Shown: positions 52,701 to 64,000 of the stretch, in pieces
Position numbering within the stretch: the stretch's first letter is position 1
Layout: each line of letters begins with the position of its first letter
Assembly (NCBI GenBank): GCA_051294905.1
Contig: CM119372.1
Span: 15,688,001 to 15,752,000, forward strand
Direction: 5' to 3'
DNA length: 64,000 nucleotides
DNA from: Botryllus schlosseri
Lineage: Eukaryota
Position numbers and translations under genes: made by a program
Notes under the pieces: generated by a model
Told to the model about the DNA's origin: nothing
Databases searched by the model: none
What the model saw: only the letters and a program-made list of their open reading frames with translations

Positions 52701-55700
52701 AGAGGCTGTGAATGCTTTAGCATCAGTTGCTATAATTGGCAGGTTACAGAAACACGTTCCGAATTCAACTTTATAATGGATTCTAATATGTGGCAAGCTG
52801 GTGATATACCAGTAGGATAACGTTTAATGAAAAATGTCAAATCCCCTCAATTGACTAATACAAGATCAAATGTTCAAAATATGCATCCATCAATTTACTC
52901 CGTCATGCGAATTCCATGCATTAATTTCTGGATAACGCGACTCGTTGCCAGAATGAAAACAACGCTAGCGAAGTACTGTATTGATTTGGCTTTCCGTGAG
53001 CTAGACAAAACCTTCAGAGATCCATTCTTGGGATTTGGAATAAGCAGAAGAAGATCACACATTAGTTCGCAGTTGTGGATTGATTCGAATCTAATAACGT
53101 GAGAAATTTCTGAGAAATTGATAGCAAAGTAGGCTTATCATAGCCAGAATGGGTAATTATAGTACGGCTTGATTGCTAGTAATTGCTTCATGTCTACATT
53201 CGTTAAATTGATGATTCTCGTAAATACAGCTTAAAAGATGATCAAATTGCGCTATATCGAATGAGATTACATGGTAATCTACTGTAAATTATAGATTAAA
53301 CGGTAATCCATGAAAATTATGCAGGCCCAAACTGGTACTTGGAAACGGGAGGTTAATAAAACCAACGTGTTTACGAAATTCTGTCAGAATGACTTGCAGG
53401 ATAGCTTTTTTTTCTATCTCAATGAACTTGACCTACATAACAACTTGAGAGAAGGCGCGATGGCGTGGAACCTTCCTTTCGTATTATGCTCCAGAGTATC
53501 GAAATCGTCGTATTCCCCTTCTCATCCCGGCTAATCATGTTACCGTGAGTCGACCACACCATGAGGATCGTGGTCACCAACGAGAGCTAATCTTCGGGAG
53601 TTGGGATATCGGATGTGTATTGTGTACGCATTCAATATATGGTCGCGTTCCCATCCGTTCTAATGGCGAAAGGTGTTCAAAGTAGTCAAGAAAGCTACTC
53701 AATTAGAAATTAAATAGCAACGCAAAATCTAATCCAGTATGCGACCAGAAGGACTTCATTCAAATCAACCTAAAATTACTTCAAGTAAAAGTAGAATTGA
53801 GTGACTTTGAATCTACTCAAGTAAATAAATAACTTTGGCTTTCGGCAGTATATACGACAATCTGCAGCAATATTTCAGACAATAGCAAGGGTGTATACCT
53901 AATATATCGAAGCGTGTTTGTTTATTTCAACAAAGCCTGTGGAGCTGACACTGCCAGTGAGTTTATTTATCAGAGTATATTAATATATTAATTCACCGTC
54001 GAAGCCAGCGTTGAGGTAAGAACCAAGGCAATAAGAGAAACATACATTAATGTCCAGTCCCTATATAGAACCGTACTGCACAAAATGCAAGAAATTTTTT
54101 TTGGATCCTACCAACCCGGTGGTACGTAAGCTTGACTAGCCCGCAGAATACTTAGGCTAATTAGACACAGCCAAATAGCACGCCTCACTGAAACTGGACT
54201 ACGCCATTCTCTCCATTTGACCAAAAGCAATTTAGACTGGGTTGCCGGGCAAAATATGTTAAAACTGGTATCAATTAGAATGCCAACGTGGTACCGATTA
54301 CCAAAATATTCTGATTGTTGCCATGGAACCCTCCCCCAATTAGAGAGAAAGTTGTGAGTTACACGAGAGATAATTCTCAAAATTGATTATATTATAAAAG
54401 AATACCCCGGTAATTTATGATGAGCCTACAACGTCAACCAAAAATTTGATAACCCAAACCGGAGGAATATCATTTGAGTCGTATTATGAGTAAAGTCATT
54501 CAGTGAATGCGCACACTCGTCATTCGACTGACGCGGATCTGCTGGCAGGGTTACCATATTTTTGTGGATCGAATTACGGCGACTCTTTAGCGCCTGCTAG
54601 ATGATTTGCCTTTTTTCGACTGTATGGATAAGTGGATTTTTGAACTCAGGTGGTAAATGAACTAGGTTATTATCTCTAATTTGAGCTCTGGCGATAGCCA
54701 AGGTTCGGCAGCTACGGACTCACAGTAAGAGTTGTACTTAGGGTGGCTTGAAACAAATGGTTGTTTGAAACATGTTTTAAAGAGTGTTTTAAACTGAGGC
54801 CTGACAAAAAAAAACAAAGTTGTGTTTTTTCAGTTGTAAAATCGTGCCATAATTGTGTAAATACTTTCCAAAAACATGTTGTTTGAACCCACAGACAATT
54901 ACCACCTGATATAGCCGACGTAGACGATATGGGATGGTTGGAACCCTCAAAATAGTCAATTCAACAGCTATAGTACGTAGATATTTCGTCAAAGAAGCTA
55001 TAATTACCCGATATTTTCAATTGCCAATGTCAATCCAATATGACGTCATTGGTTGCATAAGTCACACTGATTTGCAATAAATATTCATTATATTACTCCC
55101 GTTTTGTGTGAAAATCAAATTTGTTCGTTTTTTAATACTGGGTTGTTATACAGTTTTTTGTGTTCCAGTAATCTGTAAATCTGAATTTTTTTGTGACTTT
55201 ACAAAACCTGAGGATTCCATGTAGGACATCAGATTGGCGCACTACTATAATGTTAGCTCCTGCACTCTTAGCACTGCACTCCACCCGTGCACCACCCCTA
55301 ATATGCGGGTGTGAATATATACCCATGGTACACGAAACCTGAACCTCTATCAGGCTTATACCGCTGTATAAATTGAGTAAAACATTTTAATCCAAACCAT
55401 GGTTTCTCCTCGACGTGATTAATTCCGTCACCGGAGTAAGACCAGAATTTCATCGATTTATAACGTAGCCGGACTGAATTAGTTTTGAAAGACGGATTTT
55501 AGTGTGATTTTATCTGTGAAATATGAGACATTAGCATGGATTTAGCAGGATATCTTGGGACTCCGAATCTGAAATTACCCATCCGGATATTTTTGAACTC
55601 AATTTCAAATCACCAACCTGTGCTGGAGGTGCCGGATTCCGAAATTTAGGATACCGATCATCTATGATTTTGATCCATCAAATTAATGCAGCCTCGACAT

Positions 55701-55844
55701 ATTTCAAATTAAAGTCCATAGCGCACTCTAGCTATATTGCGAAGACTTGATGAGTTTTGATTGTAAAGCAGTAAAAATCTTCGACAGCCCTTTATGACGA
55801 ATATACTGTCTCAATTTATGTAATTCGATAACGATGACATAGAC

Positions 55845-56232
55845 CAGTGGTTCCCAACGTGGGCGATATCGCCCCCCAGGGGGCGATTTGGCGGTCTAGG
55901 GGGGCGAAAATGACCAAAGGGGCGATAGGGGGCGAAAATGGACATAGGGGGCGAAAATAGCGAAGGGGGCGATAGGGGGCGATAGCACGTTAAAACGGCT
56001 TAATTGGAGCCAATTTGGAGAAATGATATTTTTTTAGTCAACCCACGAAAATTTAGCTCCAAAAGTGTAAACGTTCGACGTCGAGCCGATAAGTTGACCT
56101 TTTTTTCATTTAGTCAACCAGCCGGCCATTACAGTTTGTATGCTCGTTATCCGGTTCACAAAATTTGGGGGGCGATGATCGGTGTGGAGCTTGAAAAGGG
56201 GGCGATCAGCCGAAAAAGGTTGGGAACCACTG
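55845..56232. mobile_element. hAT (Charlie/Buster-type) MITE with GGGGCGA repeats
   Basis: TIRs cagtggttcccaac / gttgggaaccactg; perfect TSD ACATAGAC. Confidence 0.94.
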
Positions 56233-56259
56233 ACATAGACAGTATAGTGTTTGTATATG

Positions 56260-57770
56260 CAGGCCCGTAACTGCCGCACCCCAAACCCCCCAATTGGGGG
56301 GGGCGAGCTCGAAGAAGGCCCAAAATTATTTCGTGAATTAGCATAAATTATAGAGTATTTTTTTGAAATTTATGCAACTTTTTCAAAAAATTTTCGCGCT
56401 CCGCGTGATTTCTAATTGCTAATTATCTTGATTTTTAAGTACTCCTCCCGCAAGAAAAATTACGCAAGATTTATAGAAATGGACGAATCGGCGTCGGCCA
56501 TTACCGCGCCACGACGCACCAAGACATATAAAGTAGGCCATGTAACTTGCGACTCCAAGAAGTGACTCCAAGACTCCAAGACTCCAAGATTTTTTTATAT
56601 AGCAGACAGGAGATCACAAAATAACATCCTGTCAGGGATTTATATAGGCTTACCATATTTTGAAAATGTAAAAAGAGGACACTTTTTCAGAAATTTGCAA
56701 TATGCAAAACCGGAGTAGAATTCTCAAAATCCGGTGAATTTCTCCCACTTTGTGATCGGTTGACTAAAAAAAAACAAAAAAAAAGGTCATCACTTTCGCT
56801 CAGAGCTCAAAATACAGGTGGATGACTAGATAAAAAAAAAGGTCTTCTTTTCGCTCAGAGCTGAAATCACCGCTTTTCCCTCCCAAATACCCGCCGGAGC
56901 TTCACTTCTGCGATACTTTGCGGCATATCACTTGCAATTTCCTCTGAATCTGACCTAAATTTTCAAAAAAGAGGACAAAATCTCAAAAAAGAGGACAAAA
57001 GGGCGTCCTCCGAGGACACTTTCGAAAAAGCCAAAAAAGAGGACAAATCCTCTTAAAAGAGGACGTATGGTAAGCCTAATTTATACAAACGGGCCCTATA
57101 GTTTCCAAGACACCTCACTCAGCTCTACCGGTAAATCTGATTGCCTGAGCAGAGAGGATAAGAAGTTGATAGCAATATATTTGCAATTCCCGATCTTATT
57201 CACCGATTTTATCATGAATTTTCGAAAATGTTCGCGCTTCGTGCTGGCTCACTCGGCAGTACCACTCATTTGCTGGCAAAAGCAAACAAGATGATGTGGG
57301 GTAGGTTTATCACCCTATAGGAGTCCAAGACCCAAGATTTTTTTGCGGGGCCTGACGAAGTGCTGTTTCGTTCCTGCCAACGGGTATACGCCTTAAGATG
57401 TTTATTTATAATATTGAGGCGTCCTACCTTTTCAAACACATCTCACTCAGCTCTACCTGTAAATCTGATTACGTCAGCATGAGAGAGGATAAAATTTGAT
57501 AGCAACATATATGCAATTCCCGATCATATTGACGGATCGAATCATGAATTATAGAAAATTTTCGCGCTTCGCGCGTTCAGGCTAGAAAAGCTGACCCACG
57601 AAACGGCCCTCAACGTAGATGACATGTAAGTAGCAATAAATAGCGAATAGCCTGAGGGGGGTCTGTGGGGCGAAGCCCCCCAGAAGTTCGGTTCATCAAC
57701 ATATGGGGGGGCCAAGACCAACGTTTTTTTTTTTGGGGGGGGGGGCTGGCGAAGTACTGTTACGGCCCTG
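56260..57770. mobile_element. hAT MITE, CAGG(C/G)CCGTAAC family, with a duplicated right arm
   Basis: TIRs caggcccgtaac / gttacggccctg; perfect TSD TGTATATG at 56252-56259 and 57771-57778. Confidence 0.92.
56645..57078. mobile_element. Blackjack-like hAT MITE with AAAAGAGGAC repeats, nested in 56260-57770
   Basis: TIRs taggcttaccata / tatggtaagccta; ATTTATA duplicated on both flanks. Confidence 0.88.
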
Positions 57771-57839
57771 TGTATATGCAGCGGCTACCGTCAAGGCCTC
57801 GTTATATAGCGAAGATTGAGGGGGATAAGCGAACGAGGA

Positions 57840-58240
57840 AGTGCTGAGATCAAGTCACTAATTTCTATAGTTATATCGAGTCAGTGCACATTTTGACTCC
57901 AGTCAAGTCAAGTCACACTATTGTTGGAGGTGACTCGAGTCAAGTCTAGTCAAGTCACAAAGTGATGTCGCATTTTGCAAGATGATTGAAGTGTAGATCT
58001 CCAAATTGAGTGACGACGGATATCGAGGTAATTATTTATACCTTCAACGGAAAGTTGTGTGCTCACATGTACGTAAAACTACAAAACTACGTCGGTAACT
58101 GTCAGCCAAATAGACGATGGAATATGAAACTTCAGAAAGTTGAAGCAAATTAATATGGTGCACACGATACACCTACACAGCAATAGGCTACGATACAATT
58201 TAAACATGTGCTAATTGTTGCGAGTAATATATAAACGTAT
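57840..58240 (+). mobile_element. Left-part remnant of the GACTCGAGTC/CAAGT family
   Basis: Colinear with 36715-37210. Confidence 0.72.
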
Positions 58241-58337
58241 AAACTATGGGCTGTCAGTCCGATTTAAATCATACAAGAGGTTCGCTAAGGTTAGTACTGA
58301 ACGGTCAATACTACAGAAATGCACTGCTATGGATAGA

Positions 58338-58726
58338 CGGTTCTATACCAATTAGGCAATTACCAATACCGAAAAAACCATTACCGAGAATGGACATTAA
58401 CGAGAATGCCATTACCGAGAATGGACATTACCGAGAATGAACATTACCGAGAATGGTCATTACCGAGAACGGACACCACCGAGAATGGACATTACCGAGA
58501 ATGGCCAATGTCAAGAATATAGCTTACTGGGACCGACGTCGAGAAATTTATACCTGAGCATCGATACCGAATGTGGCTACGCCGTGATGCACTCACACGA
58601 CCTGTGTATATTCATAACATGCCTGCATTGCATATATTGCATTCTCGGTAATGTCTATTCTCGGTGGTGTCCATTCCCGGTAATGGCATTCTCGGTAATG
58701 GTTTTCTCGGTATTGACCGGGCACCG
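58338..58726. mobile_element. Unclassified MITE with a 6-bp TSD and inverted (ATTACCGAGAATGGAC)n arrays
   Basis: Ends cggt / accg; GATAGA at 58332-58337 and 58727-58732. ~16-bp repeats run forward at 58365-58520 and inverted at 58640-58715. Confidence 0.8.
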
Positions 58727-59791
58727 GATAGACTGCCACTAGTATACTACAGTATGAAAACATTAAGTTTAATCAGTTTGTTTGCGGTCAATTTATTTGT
58801 GACATGTCGACGGAGGCGCAGTAAAACCAGGCTTACCACAGTGCAATCATTGAGGGCGGAGACAAAAAGTTAGCTGATCCGGGAGAATGCTAATCATGGG
58901 ATTAAAAACTCCCAATCGGGACGCATTTTATGCGGGGAGCCTATAAATGTAGCTGATCTGGAAGAATGCTTATCGTCTGAATAAATACTGCTAATACGCA
59001 TCAAGTTGGAAAAGGTTACGCGCGTTCATTAGTGGATGTGTCCCCAGTTTTCAATCAAGTGGCGTTATCTGTTGCATCATAATGCGAAAACGCGTTATTG
59101 GCTGTCAGTAGTCAATTTAATGAATGAAACAGCAGCCTGCTGATAATGGTACTGCCACGGACCACTGCAATACGTAGAACCAGCACCGTAACTGCCGCAC
59201 CCCAAACCCCCCAATTGGGGGGGGGGGGGCAAGCTCGATATGGGGCTAAAAATTATTTCGTGAATTAGCATAAATCATAGAGTATATTTTGAAAATTTAT
59301 GCAATTTTTTCTAAATTTTTTCGCGCCGCGCGCGAATTCAAGTATCCATTTATCTTAATTATTGGGTATTGGGCCATTATCACGCCACGACCCACCAAGA
59401 CATACAATCAAGTTTTAGGCCATATAACATGCGACTCCAATAAGTGTGCCAGAACGATTGGCAGCGAGAAAAGCTTGCCCGAAAAGGTCTATGCCCTTAC
59501 GCAGATCAAAAACTTCGCTATATATACAAAATACAGGTTTAATTGTTCATAGGCGCCTAAATGACTGGCACAGAATGTTCCTGTCTTTGCAATCTGAACC
59601 TCACAAGACAAATACCACCCCGCTGGGAAAAATTTTATGCCAGTGCAGAAATACCAATTTGAAATCGTGTGATCTTTTAGTTTAATACGTTTGGGCGATT
59701 CTATATTTTTGATATAGCAGACAGGAGGTCACAAAATAACATCATTTAACGAAGTCATATCAACGGTTCCGTCCGCCCGAAGATGTTCAAT

Positions 59792-60172
59792 CATAGTGTC
59801 CTATATGGTGTCGACGCAAGCAAATCTCACGGCTCAGTGAAATTGTATCACGTCACAATTTCCATTTGGCTACAGGCAATTTGACGGTCATTTTTGACCG
59901 GCTTGCCGAGCATTAAATTTGGTGAAACGGATATCAATCGAAAGCTGACTCTGCACTGATTACTAAAATATAAATTTTATTCCGCTCGCGGCCCTGGAAC
60001 CCCCACAATCAGCCTCGAATTTTTCATTGTTATGGAGATTGGCTTTGAGACGCAACAATGCTGTCTAGCGAAACGAGAGAATAACGAGAGACTAACAAAT
60101 GGCAATTGTGACGTGATACAATTTCACTGAGCCGTGAGATTTGCTTGTGTCGACACCATATAGGACACTATG
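59792..60172. mobile_element. CATAG-TIR MITE (P-element-like termini) with ~75-bp TIRs
   Basis: catagtgtcctatatggtgtcgac... mirrored at ~60098-60172; TSD TGTTCAAT vs TGTTTAAT (7/8). Confidence 0.88.
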
Positions 60173-60487
60173 TGTTTAATCATTATTTACGGGCCCTCCC
60201 GTTTTCAAGACACTTCACTCAACTCTACCGGTAAATCTAATTACGTGAGTAGAGAGGACAATAAATTGATAGCATATTATATATGCAGTCGCCGATCTGA
60301 TTGACCGATTTTATCATAAATTATCGAAAATTTTCGCGCTTCGCGCTGGCTCACGATACCGTACGGGTAATTTCGTGACACACGCGAACAACGTGATTTG
60401 GGGGGTCGTTTAATCACCCTATGGGAGCCCAGGACCCACGTTTTTGGGGGCCCGACGATGTGCTGCTTTGTTTCTGCCAATGGGTAT

Positions 60488-62442
60488 CAGACATGGGGTA
60501 ATCGCGATTAGTAATCGTAATCGATTACGACGATTACAGCATTTTCAAGTAATCGTAATCGCAATCGATTACATTCGAAAAAATTCCGAAGTAATCGTAA
60601 TCGTAATCGACTATTTCGCATATTTAATCGATTTCTTTGTGAAAGAACGATTACTTTTTATTTGTACGACGACTGTGACATAAACTGAACAAACATTCGT
60701 TAACAAGCAAGAGATATTATACCAGTTATTGAGTCACAAACGTCTGATTTTCAAATGCCATTGCTCATTATTACGTCAGAAGTAGCCTATTAGCTTTGCT
60801 CGTCTTTGCGTAAGAAGTATCCACATTCCACACTTATAGTAAATAGATATTCGATGTACATTAGTGTGATTGTAAAACACCCACCGTTCAGTATGTCGGG
60901 TCATCAATACATTTCAGACGCCACGACCTCGCTGCAGCATAATTAATCACCTCTCTGCCTAGTTTAAAATAGCAACTTTTGTAATGATGTTTGATTAATG
61001 GTTATGCTTAGTTAAACGCAATTTGACCGTTGCTGCTTGGCGAGCAGTAGGCCTATGTGCTGGTACGAACGTACACCAGACAAATGTTTGAAATTTTGTA
61101 CTCGTCAAATAAAATATTACGGTTTCCACCACGAAGCATTAAAAATCAACAGCTGCTGATATATACCATAACCGCGCCGTTTTTTGCCGTTTCTCGTAAT
61201 GGAAGCTTGCATTACATTATCCGTATTAAGTTGAAGGCAGAATTTTATTTTCACCTTCTCTTATTCTCATATTATTCTACTCAAATCGGGCGTCAATTGC
61301 TATTTCACAATTCTTTACTGAAGATTTGGACCTGCCGCCATAGTCATCGGCATATATACCATGTCAGAGTGGGTTGTAGCTAGAATCAGGACCAAAACAG
61401 CAAAATCGTCCTCCACTCCAAACGTTGGTCTTGGGCCCCCAAAGGGTAGTCAATTTTTAACTTGAAGATTTAATTTCGTCAATAACATTGTTAATTGCAT
61501 TATATTGCATTATTAATCTTATCTCAGCCCCCGATGGTCAGACTTACCTGGAGAGCAGGGGGCGCGTAATCCATAATTATAACATCTGGTATATTGCAAT
61601 AATTACTGTAGTGCATGTTGTTAATTCGTGACCTCCGGTCTGTTATATAGTCAAAAGATATTGTAGTGCCCCAAACTTAGCAGACTAAAAGAAAAACTTT
61701 CGTGAGACGCACACACAAATTGTTATGTCTAATGCTCTGTGGGTGCCTGCGTGGCATTTGCATCGTGGGCTCAGATTGGAAGGAACGGACTGTTAGTCAC
61801 GTCCACCCAGCGCGGCTATTAACAATGGACACATACCCCAAATTTCGGCCAACGTCTTTCTTTGATAGCACACTTCGTAGAGTCGCATGTTGGCCGAAAC
61901 TGCATAGGCCTGTGTCTTTTGGTGTGTCGGGGCGCGGTATTGACTGGCACCAAAATGCCTGTTACTATGAGTTATGCATCCTTTATTTCTTGAGGGGAGA
62001 CGTTTGCATTTCGAAATCAAGCTATCTACAGACATTTAATTAGCAAAGCCTCCGAACACGCTCCCCACCCTATTGGGGAATTTGGGGTGCAGCAGTTATG
62101 GACCTGGCAAGAATGCAAATCATTGGGTGCGATAAATCGTCCTTTATAAAATGGGCAATATGTACATTATGACGTAACAAGCAAATGTCGCATCTGTTTT
62201 GAAGAAATATGTTATCTCATGAGGCATTTTCAGCGCAATCCATGTATTGTCTTCCAATATAACTACTGAGATGCAAAATAAATGTAATCGTGAGTAATCG
62301 TGATTACTTTTCCAATGTAATCGTAATCGTAATCGACTACTTCCTGATTTTGCTGTAATCGTAATCGTAATCGTAATCGCGTGATTCCGAAGTAATCGTA
62401 ATCGCAATCGATTACATTCATGAAGTAATCACCCCATGTCTG
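60488..62442. mobile_element. hAT (Ac-type) MITE with (GTAATC)n subterminal arrays
   Basis: TIRs cagacatggggt / accccatgtctg; perfect TSD ATGGGTAT at 60480-60487 and 62443-62450. Confidence 0.93.
61387..62106 (-). mobile_element. Diverged CAGG(C/G)CCGTAAC-related MITE nested in 60488-62442
   Basis: Ends caggaccaaaacagc / gcagttatggacctg; TSD GCTAGAAT vs GCAAGAAT (7/8). Confidence 0.75.
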
Positions 62443-62751
62443 ATGGGTATACGCCCGAAGATGTTTAATTATTATTGAGTGGTCCTACCCTTTCAAACAC
62501 ACCTCACTCAGCTCTACCGGCAAATCTGATTACGTGAGCAGAGAGAAGATAAAAATTGATAACAATGTATGCAATTCCCGATCATACTGACCGATGAAAT
62601 CATGAATTCTAGAAATTTTGCGCGCTTCGCGCGCTTAGTCGACGAAAGCTGTGCTCATGCTCATGCGAGCTCATGCGAGCGACAAGTACGAATTGACCCG
62701 ATAAACCGCGCAGTTTGCACGATCGTTCGTTTTTGATTAATTGATATTGTG

Positions 62752-63530
62752 CAGGACCGTAACTACAGGACCCCTAACCCCCTAATTGAAGGAGGCCCAA
62801 AGTAATTTGGTGGACGAACATAAATTACATATTTTTTGAAACTTCATGCTAATGTTTTATTTTTTCGCGCGTTGCACGATTTAATGTCACTAAACGCATT
62901 GATTGTTTGGTGTCATTCCCCCACGAAATGCGCATGATTTATAGCCATAGGAATAGCCGTTTTGGCGTCATCCAAGTCGGCGTCAGCCTTAACCGCGCCA
63001 AGACGCACCAACACATGATAAAATTTTGTCTAACATGGGACTTTGCAAAGTGTGCCAAAAAATTCAGCACCGAGTAAACCTTAGCCGAAAAACACTGCCC
63101 TCTGTTGACCGAAAACTTCGATGTATATACGTCAAATTGTCAAATGTCCATAGGCGCCTAAACGGCTGGCGTCGAATTTTGCTGTCCTGACAATCTATAT
63201 ACCACAAAACAAATGCTATCCCACAGTGAAAAGTTACTTGTCAGTTAAGAAATACAAATTTGGAATCGTATGTGTCTTTTAGTTTAGTACGCTTGGACAT
63301 TTCAATGTGTATTCACTATACAACAGACAGTAGGTCACTAAACAATGACACGCAGCAAAGTAATAATTCCAACTGGCCCGCCCGAATATCTTCATAATTA
63401 TTGATTCCGTGCCATAAATTTTCCATTACGACACCTCACTCAGTTTTACCACGAAATCTGATACTTCCGAGAGGTTAAATAAAGGATAGCAATATATTCG
63501 CAATTGCCAATATTAATAACCGATTCGGTC
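62752..63530. mobile_element. Further truncated CAGG(C/G)CCGTAAC-family copy
   Basis: Starts caggaccgtaacta; colinear with 59181-60320 and 5197-5760. Confidence 0.8.
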
Positions 63531-63893
63531 ATTTCGGTCCTGATTTTGTGGATGGCCAGTAAGGCTGTTGTCAAGTGTTTTCATGCGGCGCATTGTATTC
63601 GTATATAGCTAGAGTAGCCTACATATGATGATAGTTGGCAATGGGCAAGGTGTCACGACAACGACAAGCTGCTTGGTACGACTACGAAACGCTTCACTCG
63701 ATATTGTCAAGGAGAATAATATTATCGGAGTTCGCGTGGTCGGGTAAATCCATGGCATTCGGCGCAAAGGACTGTACACGACTCTCGGCGGTAGCGCGTT
63801 GGGGGGTGCGAAGCCGCAGTTACCAAAAAAAAATTTCGCGCACGACCCGATTTACCTCCTGCTCGTGGTGTTTACTCTGTATATTGTCGATAT

Positions 63894-64000
63894 CAGTGGT
63901 TCTCAACCTTTTTCACCTCGCGGACCGGTAAAATTTCAAAAAATATTTGACTTGAAACCAACCCAAAATGTAAAGTATGCAACCGATTTTTCGCAAATAT
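63894..64000. mobile_element. Left end of a Charlie-type MITE running off the window
   Basis: cagtggttctcaaccttttt...cgcggaccgg; a matching right-end sequence lies at 15859-15884. Confidence 0.7.

Larger units (their letters stand above)
59181..62650. mobile_element. CAGG(C/G)CCGTAAC-family hAT MITE carrying nested insertions; right end missing
   Basis: Left end cagcaccgtaactgccgcacccc; colinear with 56260-57600 once the inserts are removed. Confidence 0.82.

Noticed and set aside
58365..58715. CRISPR-like array or repeat-protein ORF (ITENGH repeats)
   Set aside because: No spacers; the arrays are inverted subterminal repeats of a MITE and the ORFs are by-products.
1..64000. Fanzor/TnpB, intact transposase or other RNA-guided/defence locus
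   Set aside because: No ORF shows RuvC/zinc-ribbon motifs. All long ORFs are explained by the two LINEs, and all transposase remnants are disrupted.

Overview
AT-rich metazoan genomic DNA. An invertebrate, possibly ascidian-like, origin is only an inference from the intron sizes and repeat content. Most ORFs in the track are noise. Two spliced + strand host genes can be assembled by eye. (1) The 3' part of a cell-surface protein: EGF exon 1984-2142, tandem 36-bp Ser/Thr/Pro/Glu micro-exons, and a GPI-signal-like last exon 7087-7172. (2) A complete 5-exon gene (19616-21909) for a 200-aa secreted protein with Cys-rich EGF/EB-like modules fused to a SUEL/rhamnose-binding lectin domain, preceded by a TATA box. 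The rest is dense, deeply nested transposon debris: many hAT MITEs with 8-bp target-site duplications (TSDs), a Chapaev3 relic holding a 5'-truncated L1/Tx1 LINE, an R4/Dong retrotransposon in a TAA microsatellite split by a hAT, tRNA-derived SINEs, and foldback, TA-TSD, P-like and 6-bp-TSD elements. I found no CRISPR, rRNA, intact tRNA, intact transposase or Fanzor-like ORF, and no convincing novel multi-gene system. The best leads are the two host genes and the nesting and targeting patterns.
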